From assembly GCA_951406725.2 (NCBI GenBank), contig OX597828.1:57536001-57600000 (forward strand): a stretch of DNA of 64,000 bases. Direction: 5' to 3'. Origin of the DNA: Octopus vulgaris. Lineage: Eukaryota. Numbering within the stretch: the first letter of the stretch is position 1; every line of letters starts with the position of its first letter. The notes under the pieces are model-generated. The model made no database searches. It was not told where the DNA came from and saw nothing but the letters and a program-made list of their open reading frames with translations. The position numbers and the translations under genes are program-made. Positions 1 to 13,210 of the stretch are shown piece after piece.

Positions 1-95
1 TTTGTTTCAGTCATGTGACTGTGACCATGCTGGAGCACCGCCTTTAGCCGACGTAAACACACCAGCATCGGTTGTCAAGTGATGTTGGGGGACAA

Positions 96-156
<61 letters not shown>

Positions 157-334
157 CATATACATATATACGACGGGCTTTTTTCAGTTTCCTTCTACCA
201 AATCCACTCACAAGGCTTTGGTCGGCCCGAGGCTATAGTAGAAAAGAGTTGCCCAAAGTGCCACGCAGTGGGGCTGAACCTGGAGCCATGTGGTTGGTAA
301 GCAAGCTACTTACCACACAGTCACTCCTGCGCCT
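1..334 (-). mobile_element. tRNA-derived SINE family A (head + internal (TA)n/(TG)n + 3' part), with internal deletion
   Basis: Minus strand begins aggcgcaggagtgactgtgtggtaag...ggttcagcccc (A/B-box-like). Homologous to copies at 10770-11170, 28870-29330 and 44413-44930. Confidence 0.9.
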
Positions 335-479
335 ATAAGCAAGTATACAACTTGCTTAGAGTAGCTAGCCATATCCTGAAACAAAAACCACTTAAAAGAG
401 GGTATATTATGAGTCAAAATAAGGTATATTATGAGAATGTCTGAAAGAATTTCACCACATTCATCACACGAGGAAGGAA

Positions 480-940
480 TTATGACACAGTAGAGGTGCG
501 ATTCGCGACGGAAGACGAAGCGATTAAGCACTCCACTGTAACCGTAAAGACAGAAGAATGTGTACTTTAGCCAATATACTGTGGCAAGCGCGTTGCCAGG
601 GTAAGAATTCGAAAAATACCCCCAGAAATAAACGAAATATAGTTGGTAGCATCGATAATGTTTAACATGGAGGAAGAAGTGAGATTATCAAAAGGGACAA
701 GAACCAAAAGGTTAAATTAGTAGGGTTATGGTATAGAGCTGGTCATACAAGGCAGTTTAAGTGACTTAAACACAATCGCAGAGGAAATAATTTTACCAGG
801 GGATGTGAGACTGAGAGTGATAGTGGAGGGAAGGCCTCCCATATGCTATCAATGTGGAGTAAAAGGCCACATGGTGGCAAAGTGTCCCTCGAGAGAAGAG
901 AAACAACAGAAGGAACAGTTTAAAGAACAAGAGTAGGAAG
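480..940 (+). pseudogene. Degenerate non-LTR retrotransposon ORF1 (gag-like) with CCHC zinc knuckle
   Basis: Frame 1 reads PIYCGKRVARVRIRKIPPEINE...ILPGDVRLRVIVEGRPPICYQCGVKGHMVAKCP (C-x2-C-x4-H-x4-C at about 844-885), with several in-frame stops. Confidence 0.75.
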
Positions 941-1779
941 ACGAAGTGGTACAAGAGTGTGCGGGGGAGACAGTAGTAACAGTGGTAAATAAGTGAAATA
1001 AGTGAAATAAGTGAAAAGGGAAAGAAACAGTATACTCACCGCCGGAGAGGCAGAAAAAGAAAAAGGAAGAGAAAGAGGTTGAAAAGGAAGTGACAGAAAC
1101 GAGTTTTCTAGCTGCACCAGCGCAAGAGGAAGAGAAGGAGTTGGATAGTAGAGAGAGACAACGTCAGGAAAGTGAACCAACGGTCAGTGCCTTCAATATA
1201 GCACACAATGCAAGTATTTCAAGAACTGTTAGGAAGAAATGGAAAAGAAGAACGAGGCTAGAATAACTCAAAAGATTTGAGCAGATCATTCGATCTTTGG
1301 ATCAACAATAGAGGGTGAAACTTTGATAGACCATTGGTAAGGAGTTATTACAGAGGCAGTTTAATGTCTTAAAATATTTAAAGGTGCGGGTAGCCTTAGG
1401 TACACAGAAAAGACCATCTTCTAGATTTTCATTAGATGTTCATTGTTTGACTACTTTAAAATTTCAAAAAGTTCCATGCAACAAAGCCCGAACCCGTTTC
1501 TGTTGTTTAAGAAGGGTTTAGCGATCCTAACGATGTCCCAAATCAACGACAATGTAAAATTTGATTTAAGTTGGGAATGATCGATCAATAGATGGTTCGA
1601 TAGATTTGCACATAGATAATTATGTTCTAGATAAATTGATAGATAGATAGATAGATAGAGAGATAGGTACATACATACATACATACGTACACACATACAT
1701 ACATACATACATACACACATACATACATACATACATACATAGATACATACATACATACACACATACATACATACATACA

Positions 1780-1811
<32 letters not shown>

Positions 1812-2459
1812 CATATTCGCAGTGGTATACATGCGTACATCTATATATACAAGGTTGTATGCAAAGAGAGGGATATACACATATATGTTAACTGATATGT
1901 CTGTATATGTATGTATATCTACGACCATATATGTATGCAAACACATTTTTGTTTCTATTATTCTTTTATACTACGATATTCGCTATTATTGTTATTACTG
2001 TCTCATTTCTAACACCCTCAGCCTTTCTAATACACACAAGAACACACACACACACAAGAACACACACAAGAACACACACTCACATATGGAGACATATATA
2101 TATATAATGAACAACGTCACTGCTCCAGCATGGCCGCAGTCTTTGTACTGAAACAAAAATATATATATATTCATATACAAATACAAATATAAACATATAC
2201 ATATATATAAATGTCTGTGTGTGTTTATATATATATACATATATATATACATATAGGGAGAGTTTATGAAAAAAATATACATACATATATACGTACATAT
2301 ATATATATATATACATATATATGTGTGTGTCCATATATATATCCACACACATACGTGTGCGCATATATATATATATATACGCGCGCGCGTGTGTGTGAGT
2401 GTGTGTTTGAATATTAGTCTCATTACTTCTGAGTTTTGAAAGCCTGAGATTGATAGAAA

Positions 2460-2742
2460 TGAAAAAAAATCATAAATGTAATATCGCCAGTAATGGAATA
2501 TCAGAAATAAACGAAAAATAAGGTCTTGAAAGGTTTCATACAGCAGCAATATATCATTGAAAATTATGAACATAGTTTATTAAATTCTGAACATGAGAAA
2601 ATTCATGTAACAATAACGACGGTATTATTTTAATCCATATTCCTGTAAGTTTTTATTGATCCCATCATAGAGTTGCATTGGGCTTTTCCTTATTTCTGCA
2701 GTGGTTTGATATGAGATTATTAATCTATTGACTCCCTGATAT
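2460..2742. repeat. Dispersed repeat, diverged homolog of 7600-7885 (possible DNA-transposon end)
   Basis: Shared blocks aaaataaggtc.tgaaaggtt.catacagca, attgaaaattatgaa, tgagaaaat.catgtaacaataa; both end in ccctgatata. Confidence 0.6.
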
Positions 2743-2861
2743 ATCCATATATATCTATATCTATATCTATCTATTTATCTATCTATCTAGCTAGTTAGCT
2801 ATCTATCTATCTAGCTATCTATCTAGCTAGTTAGCTATCTATATATATATATATATATATA

Positions 2862-3148
2862 TTAATAAAAGAAATAAAACATATGCGTATATATAAACAT
2901 ATATGTACGTACCTACCTCTACATGTACATATACACGCATATATGAGTACAGGACACCAAAGGGACGTCGAACACATAGAGAAACGAAAACATAGACACA
3001 AACCAAAGGAACAGGACATTTTTTAAAAACAACAAAACAACGAAAAAACCCCTTCTTCAGTCGCTAATGTTTCATCTACTCTACGTTTCGAAGGATAAAA
3101 GCGAGACGTATCTTCGACAAGAAACTTTCCTTCCTGCGAAAAGCAAAT

Positions 3149-3150
<2 letters not shown>
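2862..3150 (-). mobile_element. Putative PLE 3'-end fragment between (TA)n runs; near-identical copy at 24313-24560
   Basis: About 230 nt shared with 24313-24560. T/G-rich tail on the minus strand with ccttcgaaacgta (3' half of a hammerhead-like motif). Both ends abut (TA)n. Confidence 0.55.
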
Positions 3151-3191
<41 letters not shown>

Positions 3192-3196
<5 letters not shown>

Positions 3197-3206
3197 AAGC
3201 CTGTCT

Positions 3207-3256
<50 letters not shown>

Positions 3257-3464
3257 TTTGTGCGTCTGTGTCCCCCCTCAACATCGCTTGACAACCGATG
3301 CTGGTGTGTTTACGTCCCCGTAACTTAGCGGTTCGGCAAAAGAGACCGATAGAGTAAGTACTGGGCTTCTAAAGAATAAGTCCTTGGGTGGATTTGCTCG
3401 ACTAAAGGCGGTGCTCCAGCATGGCCACAGCCAAGTGACTGAAACAAGTAAAAGAGTAAAAGAG

Positions 3465-3466
<2 letters not shown>
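3192..3466 (+). mobile_element. SINE family A, 3' portion
   Basis: ttgacaaccgatgctggtgtgtttacgtcccc...ggcggtgctccagcatggcc...gaaacaagtaaaagagtaaaagag. Confidence 0.9.
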
Positions 3467-3499
<33 letters not shown>

Positions 3500-3894
3500 C
3501 AGTCTTATATTGAAATGTCATTAAATATCATTCGTTGAGTATAAACTAAGATTTACGGATTTAGTTCCACACTCATGGGATCCAGTTTCACAGGCCAATA
3601 ATTTTCCTAATGAAGAGATTTATACAATGTTCAAAAATGATTGAATAAAATAAACCTATTAATGACTATGGGCGGACTGCGCTTGCGCCATTCTCCAAAA
3701 GTTGAGCGTTGTCACACTGCTCCTGGGGATCAAGTCGTGCTCTCAAATATCTGCTGAAATCTGAGTCGCCTCTACTTTACAACTCTAGAAAAAATGCAAT
3801 TCAATTGATCCAACGACTGTAATACTTATCATAACCTTCGAAACTGATCCATTCAGCATACGTAGATACACACATACATACATACATACATACA

Positions 3895-3928
<34 letters not shown>

Positions 3929-4385
3929 CATACATACATACATACATGCATACATACATATAGAGATATATGTATATACAAACATATATAATATATAACC
4001 CATATACATATATGTCTATATTCGCATGCATATCCCTCCCCCATACATATATGCGTGTGTGTGTGTGTGAGGGAGTGGGTATGTGTGTGCGTGTGTGTGT
4101 CGACCTATTACCTGGGATATCCCAGAAACAGCTGTAAGACATTAATTACTTCTACGTCTCCTATTTTTTGATTCACCCTACTCGAATTAAATATTCTAAA
4201 CGACCTGAGCTGCTCGTCCTGCCTTGGTTTTCTTTTCGTTTTCCTTTAATATAAACCTGCTGACTCGTAACCCTTGTACGAATCCCAAGCTCCAGCCTCA
4301 GCTGCGAGCTTGGAATGTGACGGATAACCAGTTATAGCAGTTACGCAGCGTATCTGCTGGTTTAGATCATCACAGAACTATACCC

Positions 4386-4486
<101 letters not shown>

Positions 4487-4547
4487 TGAGGGAATATTAA
4501 TCCAAACATACAGGGAAAAAAAGAAATACGAAATCAAATTTCTCACA

Positions 4548-4594
<47 letters not shown>

Positions 4595-4598
<4 letters not shown>

Positions 4599-4705
4599 TA
4601 GGAAAAAAACACCCTTTATCAATTCAAAATTATTATATGTAATTTTCTAGATGGTGTAATTTAATTGGTCATTTTGAATTGATAAAAGGTGATTTTTTTC
4701 TAATT
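4595..4705. repeat. Fold-back (about 35-nt arms, 40-nt spacer) between (TA)n runs
   Basis: 4595-4630 aatttaggaaaaaaacaccctttatcaattcaaaat is the near reverse complement of 4671-4705. Confidence 0.8.
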
Positions 4706-5122
4706 ATATATATATATGCACGTGTGTATTTATTTATGCATGAACTCTGTCCATTCTACTGAGATAAAGGTCCTACATTTCACTCTGAAGTACGTCAACC
4801 AGTGGACTGTTTTTCAGAGACTTATTACCTCTGTGCCCCACAAAGAAAATACGGGACACCGTGGATATTAATGAATAGAAAAGGGGTGATAATTGTAGCA
4901 TTTATATCTTCGTGTGAATTGCTTCGAATTATTGCGACTCAAAATTATATTTAGTTGCTAAGAGTAGAAGACATTTCACTTTATACAATAGCACAGGGCA
5001 GCCATTCACATATACTTTTACTCGATACAAACGGAAGCGAAAGCCATTGTATTGATGATCACACTTGCAGTAGCAGAATCCAAATGTTACTTAAGTCAGT
5101 GACACTGTAATGTCATACATAC

Positions 5123-5163
5123 CTCCTTTGACTATATGACTTCCAATTCAAGCTACCCTGGAG
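5123..5163 (-). CDS. Putative exon (41 nt) of an unidentified minus-strand spliced gene
   Basis: Acceptor gttgttatgtag, donor gtatgt. After the 38-nt exon it gives (Y)SRVA*; in phase 0 it gives LQGSLNWKSYSQR. Confidence 0.4.
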
Positions 5164-5879
5164 CTACATAACAACATGATTGGTTATGTTTCATACATTG
5201 TTTTCATTATGCATGCGTGTATAAGTGTGTGTATGTACGTGTCTTTAGCGAGTTGTTTGTATTTCTTTGTATATTTGCTATCTTCAGTTTCAGAATATAT
5301 ATTGTTTTCTCTAAGTACATGTGTCAGTTTTGCCATTATTTGAAGAAATAGTGGAATTACAATGTTATACAAAACACAAGCTATCAAATGTATATTATAC
5401 TGAAAAATATGAAAATAATGGGATGGTCTTTCTTGATATAAATCAAAGTAGCTTTTCATAATCATTTCTGGATTTAAGTACACATATAAATGAAATTCTA
5501 ATACATTTTGTCCGCGTATTATATACGGATATCCAGCTATAATATTGCTAAATAAACTGCGGTACGAATATCACTAACGTAAGCCATGTACCTACCGAAA
5601 GTCAAGAGACATGTCTTTCTTTGATTAATCATGATTTTATTGTCCTTTACATGTCTAATCAAATCGGTCAGGCCGATTTCTACTCTGAAGTTTGAAAATG
5701 GTTAAGACTTTTAAGCCTAAAAGTAAGGTTAGATGTGCTTTTTATTTAATTATTTCAAAGCGAATGCTCGATCATGACATTCGTCTCGGATTCAACCTTC
5801 GGTCCAGCTAGTTGCTAGGCAAGATCTTACAGTACATTTATTTCCTTAAAAGTTCATGCTGGCTACATTTTCTTCTCAC

Positions 5880-5917
5880 TAAGCAACTGCCGCCAGCACT
5901 GTACGTGGATACTTATA
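5880..5917 (-). CDS. Putative exon (38 nt), YKYPRTVLAAVA
   Basis: Acceptor ttgttttgttgcag, donor gtgaga. In phase with the exon at 15877-15956. Confidence 0.4.
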
Positions 5918-6066
5918 CTGCAACAAAACAAGCAGAAATGAGGAAAAGGATTTTAGTGATACCGTACGTTTATACAGTGCTTTAGTCTGCTGGAAAATAA
6001 TGCTATTGCATTGATAGTAATGCTATTGTACTATAATAATAATAATAATAATAATAATATAATAAT

Positions 6067-6133
<67 letters not shown>

Positions 6134-6405
6134 TATGTATACACGTAAGTATATATGTGTGCGGGGGGTGTATACTAGCAATTACTATAAATTATAAATA
6201 GGCTCGCACAATCTGATGCTATATAAAGGAAAATACAAAAGCCAGGATTATTGCCCACACCACAATATGGACAGCTAGTCAAGAAGCTGTATGCGGAAAT
6301 GCAGGAAAAACAACAAAGAACAAGCCAACCCAACCAAACAACACCAACACCAGCGCCAAGAACAGAATCATCACCACCAACAACAAATAAACCAATTCCA
6401 ACACC

Positions 6406-6755
<350 letters not shown>

Positions 6756-6831
6756 TGGATATATATGTCAACTGATGTGGATGAAAAGACAAACAGAAAC
6801 TCGCACACACACACACCTATATAAATATAAA

Positions 6832-6963
6832 TGTCAACCAACTCAACTCCCAAGGATTTAATCAGCCTGGGGCTATGTTAGAAAATTCTTACCCAATTAT
6901 CTCGGTGTGGGACGAAACCAGGAACGTTGTGATTGGGAAGTATGCCTCTTACCCCGCAGCTAC
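6832..6963 (-). mobile_element. Old degenerate SINE family A head
   Basis: Weak similarity to the family A 5' half (caaggattta atcagcctggggctat). Confidence 0.5.
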
Positions 6964-7034
6964 TTTATACATACATACATTCATACATACATACATACAT
7001 ACACATATATATACATACTTACATGTATATATAT

Positions 7035-7077
<43 letters not shown>

Positions 7078-7079
<2 letters not shown>

Positions 7080-7235
7080 TGGCTGCGTAGTAAGAACCTT
7101 GCTTCCCAACTACACGCTTCCGGCTTCAGTCCCACTGGAGGGGCACCTTGGACAAATGTCTTCTACTATAGTCTCGGACCGACCAAAGGCTTGTGAGTGG
7201 ATCTGGCAGATTGAAACTGAAAAGATGCACGTCGT
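7078..7235 (+). mobile_element. SINE family A 5' half
   Basis: gagtggctgcgtagtaag...ggcttcagtcccactg...gtgagtggatctggcag. Confidence 0.85.
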
Positions 7236-7252
7236 TTATACATATGTAATGG

Positions 7253-7296
<44 letters not shown>

Positions 7297-7307
7297 AGGC
7301 GTGTATG

Positions 7308-7339
<32 letters not shown>

Positions 7340-7340
7340 T

Positions 7341-7418
<78 letters not shown>

Positions 7419-7951
7419 GCATATATTTGTTTATGCTCGTTTCTGTTTTATATCCTGTTAATTCTTCTTCCTTTTTTCCGCTGTCTCCTTCCTGGCCGTC
7501 TCAAGCTTTCTGATTTCTCCAAACCAATACGCCTATGCAATATCGTACGCAGTGTTTATGAATTTCGAAAGCATGATAATATAAGAAATCAGCAGAAATT
7601 GTAAAATCAATATCACCAAATAATAGCATATCAGCAATACACCAAAATAAGGTCATGAAAGGTTGCATACAGCAACGTATATTATTGAAAATTATGAAGA
7701 TGATTTATTAAATTGGGGAAATGAGAAAATACATGTAACAATAAACATGATATTGTTTTATTCCAGATTTCTTCTTTTTCTATTGTTATCATATTTGTTG
7801 TTAACACACTGTTACATTGTATGTATCTGCGTTACTGCTGCAGTTATTTGATATTAAAATATTGATATATTGACCCTGATATACATATCACTTTTATAAT
7901 GAAACATCATGCGACAAGCATGTCTTAAGAGTTATGAAGCATGTTAGATTT

Positions 7952-8252
7952 GTGGAAGCACATGGCCTAGTGGTGAGAGCAGCGGACACGCGGTCGAGGG
8001 ATCGCGGGTTCGAATCTCAGACCGGACGATGTATGTGTATGAGCGAAAACACCTAAGCTCCACGCGGCTCCGGCAGAAGGTAATGGCGAAACTTCTGCTG
8101 ACTCTTTCGCCACAACTTTCTCTCACTCCTTCCTCCTGCATCTTGCAGATCACCTGCGACGGACCGGCGTCCCGTCCAGGTGGGGAACCTATACGCCAAG
8201 ATACCGGGAAACCGGCTCTTATGAGCCAGGTATGACTCGAGAAGGAATAAAC
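7952..8252 (+). mobile_element. tRNA-derived SINE family B
   Basis: A box tggcctagtgg, B box ggttcgaatct. Homologous to 41310-41600 and 56682-56764. Confidence 0.9.
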
Positions 8253-8254
8253 AT

Positions 8255-8317
8255 CACCGGGATTTGCATCTTGGTAAAGTTCTATTTATTAGAATATTAT
8301 AATAATAATCGTGGTAG

Positions 8318-8372
<55 letters not shown>

Positions 8373-8900
8373 AATAATAATACCGTCAACTTTAACGTAA
8401 ACCCCCAAATTGAGAATAGTAGTTTTAATGAAGAAGTGGAAAAGAGAAATGGCAGTGTTAATACTTCTAAGATACACAATATAGATTGTAGCTCCGGTGC
8501 CAATACTGGCATAGAAATTAAGGATATGCCTCTTGATGTTGATGCAGATTTAAATGAATCTACAGTAGAAAGGGATATAGATAATAGGAGACATGAACTT
8601 AACACACTTCCTAGTAGTAGGACTAATAATAATAGTGACGATATTATTAATGATAATAATAATAATAATAACAATAATAATAATAATAATAGTAAAAATA
8701 ATAACAATAGGAATATCAATAATACTAATATTAATAGTTGTAATTATCCTAGCTGCAATTGTAGAGTGAGATTCCGCTGTTCATTATTTAGCTGATGTCT
8801 TACCCAGAACGTAATTTATAAATGTACAATCTTAACTATAACTGGTAACTTTATAAATTTTGGATGTTCGATTAAGATGAAAAAACGCATTTATAATAAT
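8255..8900 (+). pseudogene. Penelope-like element ORF remnant: Asn-rich linker followed by the start of a GIY-YIG endonuclease
   Basis: The frame of ORF 8232 continues past one TGA (8793-8795): SCNCRVRFRCSLFS*CLTQNVIYKCTILTITGNFINFGCSIKMKKRIYN. This matches the PLE CNCR..C..CL..NVIY..Y.G..K.R pattern. Truncated by a Helitron at 8902. Confidence 0.7.
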
Positions 8901-8901
8901 A

Positions 8902-9277
8902 CTAGCAGTATCGCCCGGCGTTGCTCAGGTTTGTAAGGGAAATAACTATAAAGCATTTTTAGAGAGTTATAGCCAAAAAATAGCAAAAAAAATTATGGTA
9001 AATTTTTTTTTGAGAGTTAAAAAAGGTTGAGTTGCGTCCCCTAGACAGTTTGTAGTTCGTGTTTCTGATTCTCGACCCCATGTCGAATTTATCGATTTTT
9101 TTCAGAACTGGGGGAACTTTTCAAAATTTTGGCTGCGTTAGTTTTGAATTATGACATTGGGCTATGTGTGTGTCAAGTTTCATCAGAATCGGTTGAAAGC
9201 CGTGGTCAGGGTGAGGGTACAACCTAACAGACACACAGAAACACACACAGACAAACTGCCGTTTATATAGAGAGAGA
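8902..9277 (-). mobile_element. Non-autonomous Helitron
   Basis: Minus strand has 5' TC, a (CTGT/GT)-like microsatellite near the 5' end and a 3' gcaacgccgggcgatactgCTAG end. Inserted between A and T with no TSD. Confidence 0.85.
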
Positions 9278-9307
9278 TATATGTATGTATGGATATATGT
9301 ATATTTA

Positions 9308-9388
9308 TAAAGGGAAAGTTTACGAAAATAAACAAAAGACGAAGGCAGGTGGTGTACAAACAGACAAATGTATTAGTATAGCGTTCAT
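9308..9388 (-). mobile_element. PLE-like 3' terminus fragment (family also at 2255-2277 and 20397-20440; related to 52690-52770)
   Basis: aggga.agtttacgaaaa..aacaaaagacgaag.cagg is shared among the copies, each next to TA-rich repeats. Confidence 0.55.
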
Positions 9389-9401
9389 CTATGTATGTAC
9401 G

Positions 9402-9452
<51 letters not shown>

Positions 9453-10099
9453 CCTTCGGATGAATTGTCATGACTTGTTTAGGATTCAGGTGGAGAGTAT
9501 TGTGTTATAATATAAAAAGTGAATTAGGCTACGGAATTCTTATATTATCTTCATTTCCTTTAATTCAGACCGCCTCAATTTCCCAGCAGACAAGATGGGA
9601 AACTGATGATGGCGACGGGGATGTGCTGGAACAAACACACCGAACTCACCGACAGGTCTCAGCAGGTATGTGGTCCGGTGGGGGAGGGAGGAGGGGGTTG
9701 CCGGAACGCAAGATGTCTCTACTGTCACAGGCTCAAACATAAACCTGTCATAAAGCGACCGATACTTTAACAGTTCGCTTTGTTCAGCGCGTCAGCTGCC
9801 GGAGAAGTTGTCCCTGAGGCTCTCTGCGTTACAGGAAGTCGAGAGAATATAAGAATTTCGGAGCTTAATTCTCTTTTTCTTTCATTTCAGATCAAAATAG
9901 AATTCTCTCAAACTGTCTTCTAGTGTACTCATCATCCTTCCTAAGCGGGATATTTTAAATTGAAGTAGTGTTCTTGAAAGAGCAACTTAAGAGTATCTAT
10001 AAATATATAACGTTTTCTTTGGCTGCTTCTTTCTATTCTCTCTCCCTCTCCCTCTCTCTCTCCCTCTCCCTCTCTCTCCCTCTCCCTTTCTCTCCTTCT

Positions 10100-13000
10100 C
10101 TCCTGCTCGCTTCAGTCTATTTCTCGCTAGGGGTCGTCGTGACTCCCATCACAACTTCTCCACTTCTGAGAAACTCTCCCTCTCTGTCTCACTCTCTCTT
10201 AATATCTTTTTCGTTTTGGCATTATTTCTATGTGTACAGTCTGTTTTATTTTTCTACTGCTGCTTCTACGGGGCTCCATCTCTTTCGGTGCAAGCACGTC
10301 AACCATGTCATAGCAGACTTCCATTGGTATTTCGTTTTGCTTTTCATTATGTCTCGTCTTTGAATGGTTTAGGTATCTCTTACGTTCCCAACGTTGTATT
10401 TTAATTACTCTTATCATATTTCCCAATATTTTAGTTACAAAACTATCCTCACAGCCTTATTTACCATTTTTGTAAATTAAAATAAGCGTTATCTCTTAAT
10501 TCGAAATGTTTTGTTGCTTTTTCTGTATTTCATTAAAATATATTTTTTTTACTGACAATAATTTATCGAAGACCGATTTTATTTTTCGTGCGACCATTAA
10601 CTCTGCTGGAGACTTTTCTGAGCTGGTATTCGGATTGGACGTTACTCTATATACCCTCGAGAATTTCGTTAGCGCTCGTCTTTACCTCCATCATTCTGTG
10701 CATTTTTTAACGCTCGCTTGAATGTATCAAAGAAACTTCCTAACTACCCGTTTGACCTCGGGTGGTACTCTCGTTTACTCGTTTACTTGTTTCAGTCATT
10801 TGACTGCGGCCATGCTGGAGCACCGCCTTTAGTCGAGCAAATCGACCCCGGGACTTATTCTTTGTAAGCCCAGTACTTATTCTATCGGTCTCTTTTGCCG
10901 AACCGCTAAGTGACGGGGACGTAAACACACCAGCATCGGTTGTCAAGCAATGCTAGGGGGACAAACACAGACACACAAACATATACACACACACACTTAT
11001 ATATATATACATATATACGACGGGCTTCTTTCAGTTTCCGTCTACCAAATCCACTCACAAGGCATTGGTCAGCCCGGGGCTATAGCAGAAGACACTTGCC
11101 CAAGATGCCACGCAGTGGGACTGAACCCGGAACCATGTGGTTGGTTAGCAAGCTACTTACTACACACTTACTACGGTGGAGTAAAAATATTCTTTCTAGC
11201 TTCTTTTTTTTCAGAAATGCTTGCATTCATTCCCTGTAAATTGTGTTCTTTTATCTGATATCAACGTGTCTGGAACACCATATCGGGAAAATAATTCATA
11301 CAGGAACTTTATTGTTGTCTTTGTCGTTAGTCTAATGCACATGCATACCTCTATCCACTTTGTACCGCTTTCAATAACGATTAAATATCATGTACCGTTC
11401 ACCGCCTTGTGGATATGTAACCTGGAATCGGACTATCCGTTTCAGGCCACGGTTGGTATTTCAGCACACAACGTCCACATGATTTTAAACAATTTTGAAT
11501 GTCCCAGTCCAGTGTCAGCCAAAAACATCGCCCCTAACTAGAGCTTTCATTCTTGACATTACTGAGTATCCACTGTGGAGTTCCTGCAATATTCATTTCT
11601 GTAGTGCAGTTGATACTACCACTCTTTGCGTGTGCATTAAAACCTCGTCACATAGTGAAAAATTATTCGAGTTTGTATTTTTATCTCGCATATTTTTCAA
11701 CAATACTTTCATTCTTGTAACGTAATAATCCTCAGCGAACTTCATTTTTTTATATTATGCGCTACCACTGGCAGTTCGTGAATAACATTACACATAGCGT
11801 TTTTAAATGATTTTTTTCTTCAATCCAGCTGCTGAGATGTTTTCACTGGTTGGGCAGCCATTTAATCTTTCACAATACCGGCTTATTGGGAGATTCCATA
11901 AGTCAAATATCTCCAGCCAGACGGTAAAAAACAAATTGGTTGCGTTATTTACGACGAAAACTTTCGCCTTGCTAAATTTTCCTCGAAATGTGACATCATT
12001 CCACATTTCACCTACAAATGTAGTTTGTCACTCGTTACGTTACGTACATTTTTCGCTATCTTCTTAACATAGGTTTTCCTATTTTCTTCCACCTCTCGTT
12101 GTTAATGATTGAAATGTCACTATGAATATCCAGTTAATATTTACTTTTACGTGTACATATTTTCTTACATGGGAGTCGGATTTACTTTCTGCTGAGAAGG
12201 ATTTTTTACATTTGCCCTGACAACTGTCACATTTTTGGTTTTTAAAATGACAATCTTTTCTGAATGATAAGCCTTCCTATCTTTGACAAGGATTAGGACG
12301 TAGCAATTTTCTTCGGTCGACATATCTTTGCTTTTATGGTCGACAAATCTTTCTTTTGCGAAATCCTTTTCTTGAATTTTTCTTACGTCGTCTTTCAGGT
12401 TCGCTTGTTCAAGTTTTGAAAGAATTCTTGCCCGTATTTCTATATCTTCATTTGTTGCAAGGCCTTATACAAAAATGAGGCACTTAATCATCGCAGGAAT
12501 CAGTTCTTTACGTTTAAAACTTTCACAAATGACTGTTCCTGCATACGTAATAAAGCCATCATTTTCTGTTTTAGTTAAATTCCAACACTCAATTCGAGTA
12601 TTAAATAAAGAAGTTTTTTCACCGCACATGTTAAACAGTAATTTGATATTTTGCTGAAGACAAATTTCACTAGACTTTTAGATGAACTAGGGAATTAATA
12701 TCGTTCATGTTAACACGGCGCTAATTTAAGTAATAATGACCTAACGTTTTTTGCGTCCGACCATGTTTTGCAATCTTCCTTAAAACTCTCCCCGTACCTC
12801 CTTTGGGTTATAAATGAATTCTGTTAAGACGTTTGATACGCCGATAGGCGTAAACGAATATTTTCGGACTTCTGTGCGTATAGCTCCAATAGCTGCTGCT
12901 GCTGTTGTTGTTGTTGTTACTTCCATCATTTTAAAAGCTGTGTCAGGAACAAATTGTTAAATACCTACGTGAGCTTCGAAACCCGCATCATTAGATACGT

Positions 13001-13210
13001 AAGGATCAAGCAATCTCTTCACAAAACAACAGTCAATATTCCAAACGAAGTAACCAAAGAACTAACTAATCAAATCCTTCCGACTTCACTGCCAACTCAA
13101 CTCGATCTAACACAGAAAATTCACTCCGACCGCTGCTGTTTATAACCTCTCGGTCCAGTCTAGACCTCGCGAAGGGGCTTCAATTACTCAAGGTCTTTCG
13201 GCACTTGAGT
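10100..13210 (-). mobile_element. Degenerate Gypsy (K02A2.6/Mag-like) LTR retrotransposon: gag, protease, integrase; RT/RNase H deleted
   Basis: Minus strand shows gag (ITYAGTV..CESFK..KCLIFV*GL..IRARIL), protease (LDIHSDISII..WKKIGKP..NLFFTVWLEIFDLW) and integrase (LQELHSG..RMKAL..CGRC; FSRYGVPDTLISD..QF; TPP|YHPRSNG..DTFKRAL; SPAELM). A PPT-like agaagtggagaag is followed by TG near 10152; LTR-like region 12955-13210. Confidence 0.85.
10770..11170 (-). mobile_element. Full SINE family A inserted into the Gypsy integrase
   Basis: Complete family A structure; splits the integrase motif TPP/YHPRSNG. Confidence 0.92.

Noticed and set aside
3660-3784. Possible terminal exon after acceptor ttttttctag (would end ..SQRRVVK*)
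   Set aside because: Plausible, but no nearby minus-strand polyadenylation signal and no independent support.
7952-8030. tRNA gene-like sequence (also 41310 and 56682)
   Set aside because: No proper acceptor stem; continues into a SINE body, with a TSD at 41310, so it is a SINE head.
8793-8795. In-frame TGA in the PLE ORF as selenocysteine
   Set aside because: Not at a conserved Cys position and no SECIS seen; a simple nonsense mutation is more likely.
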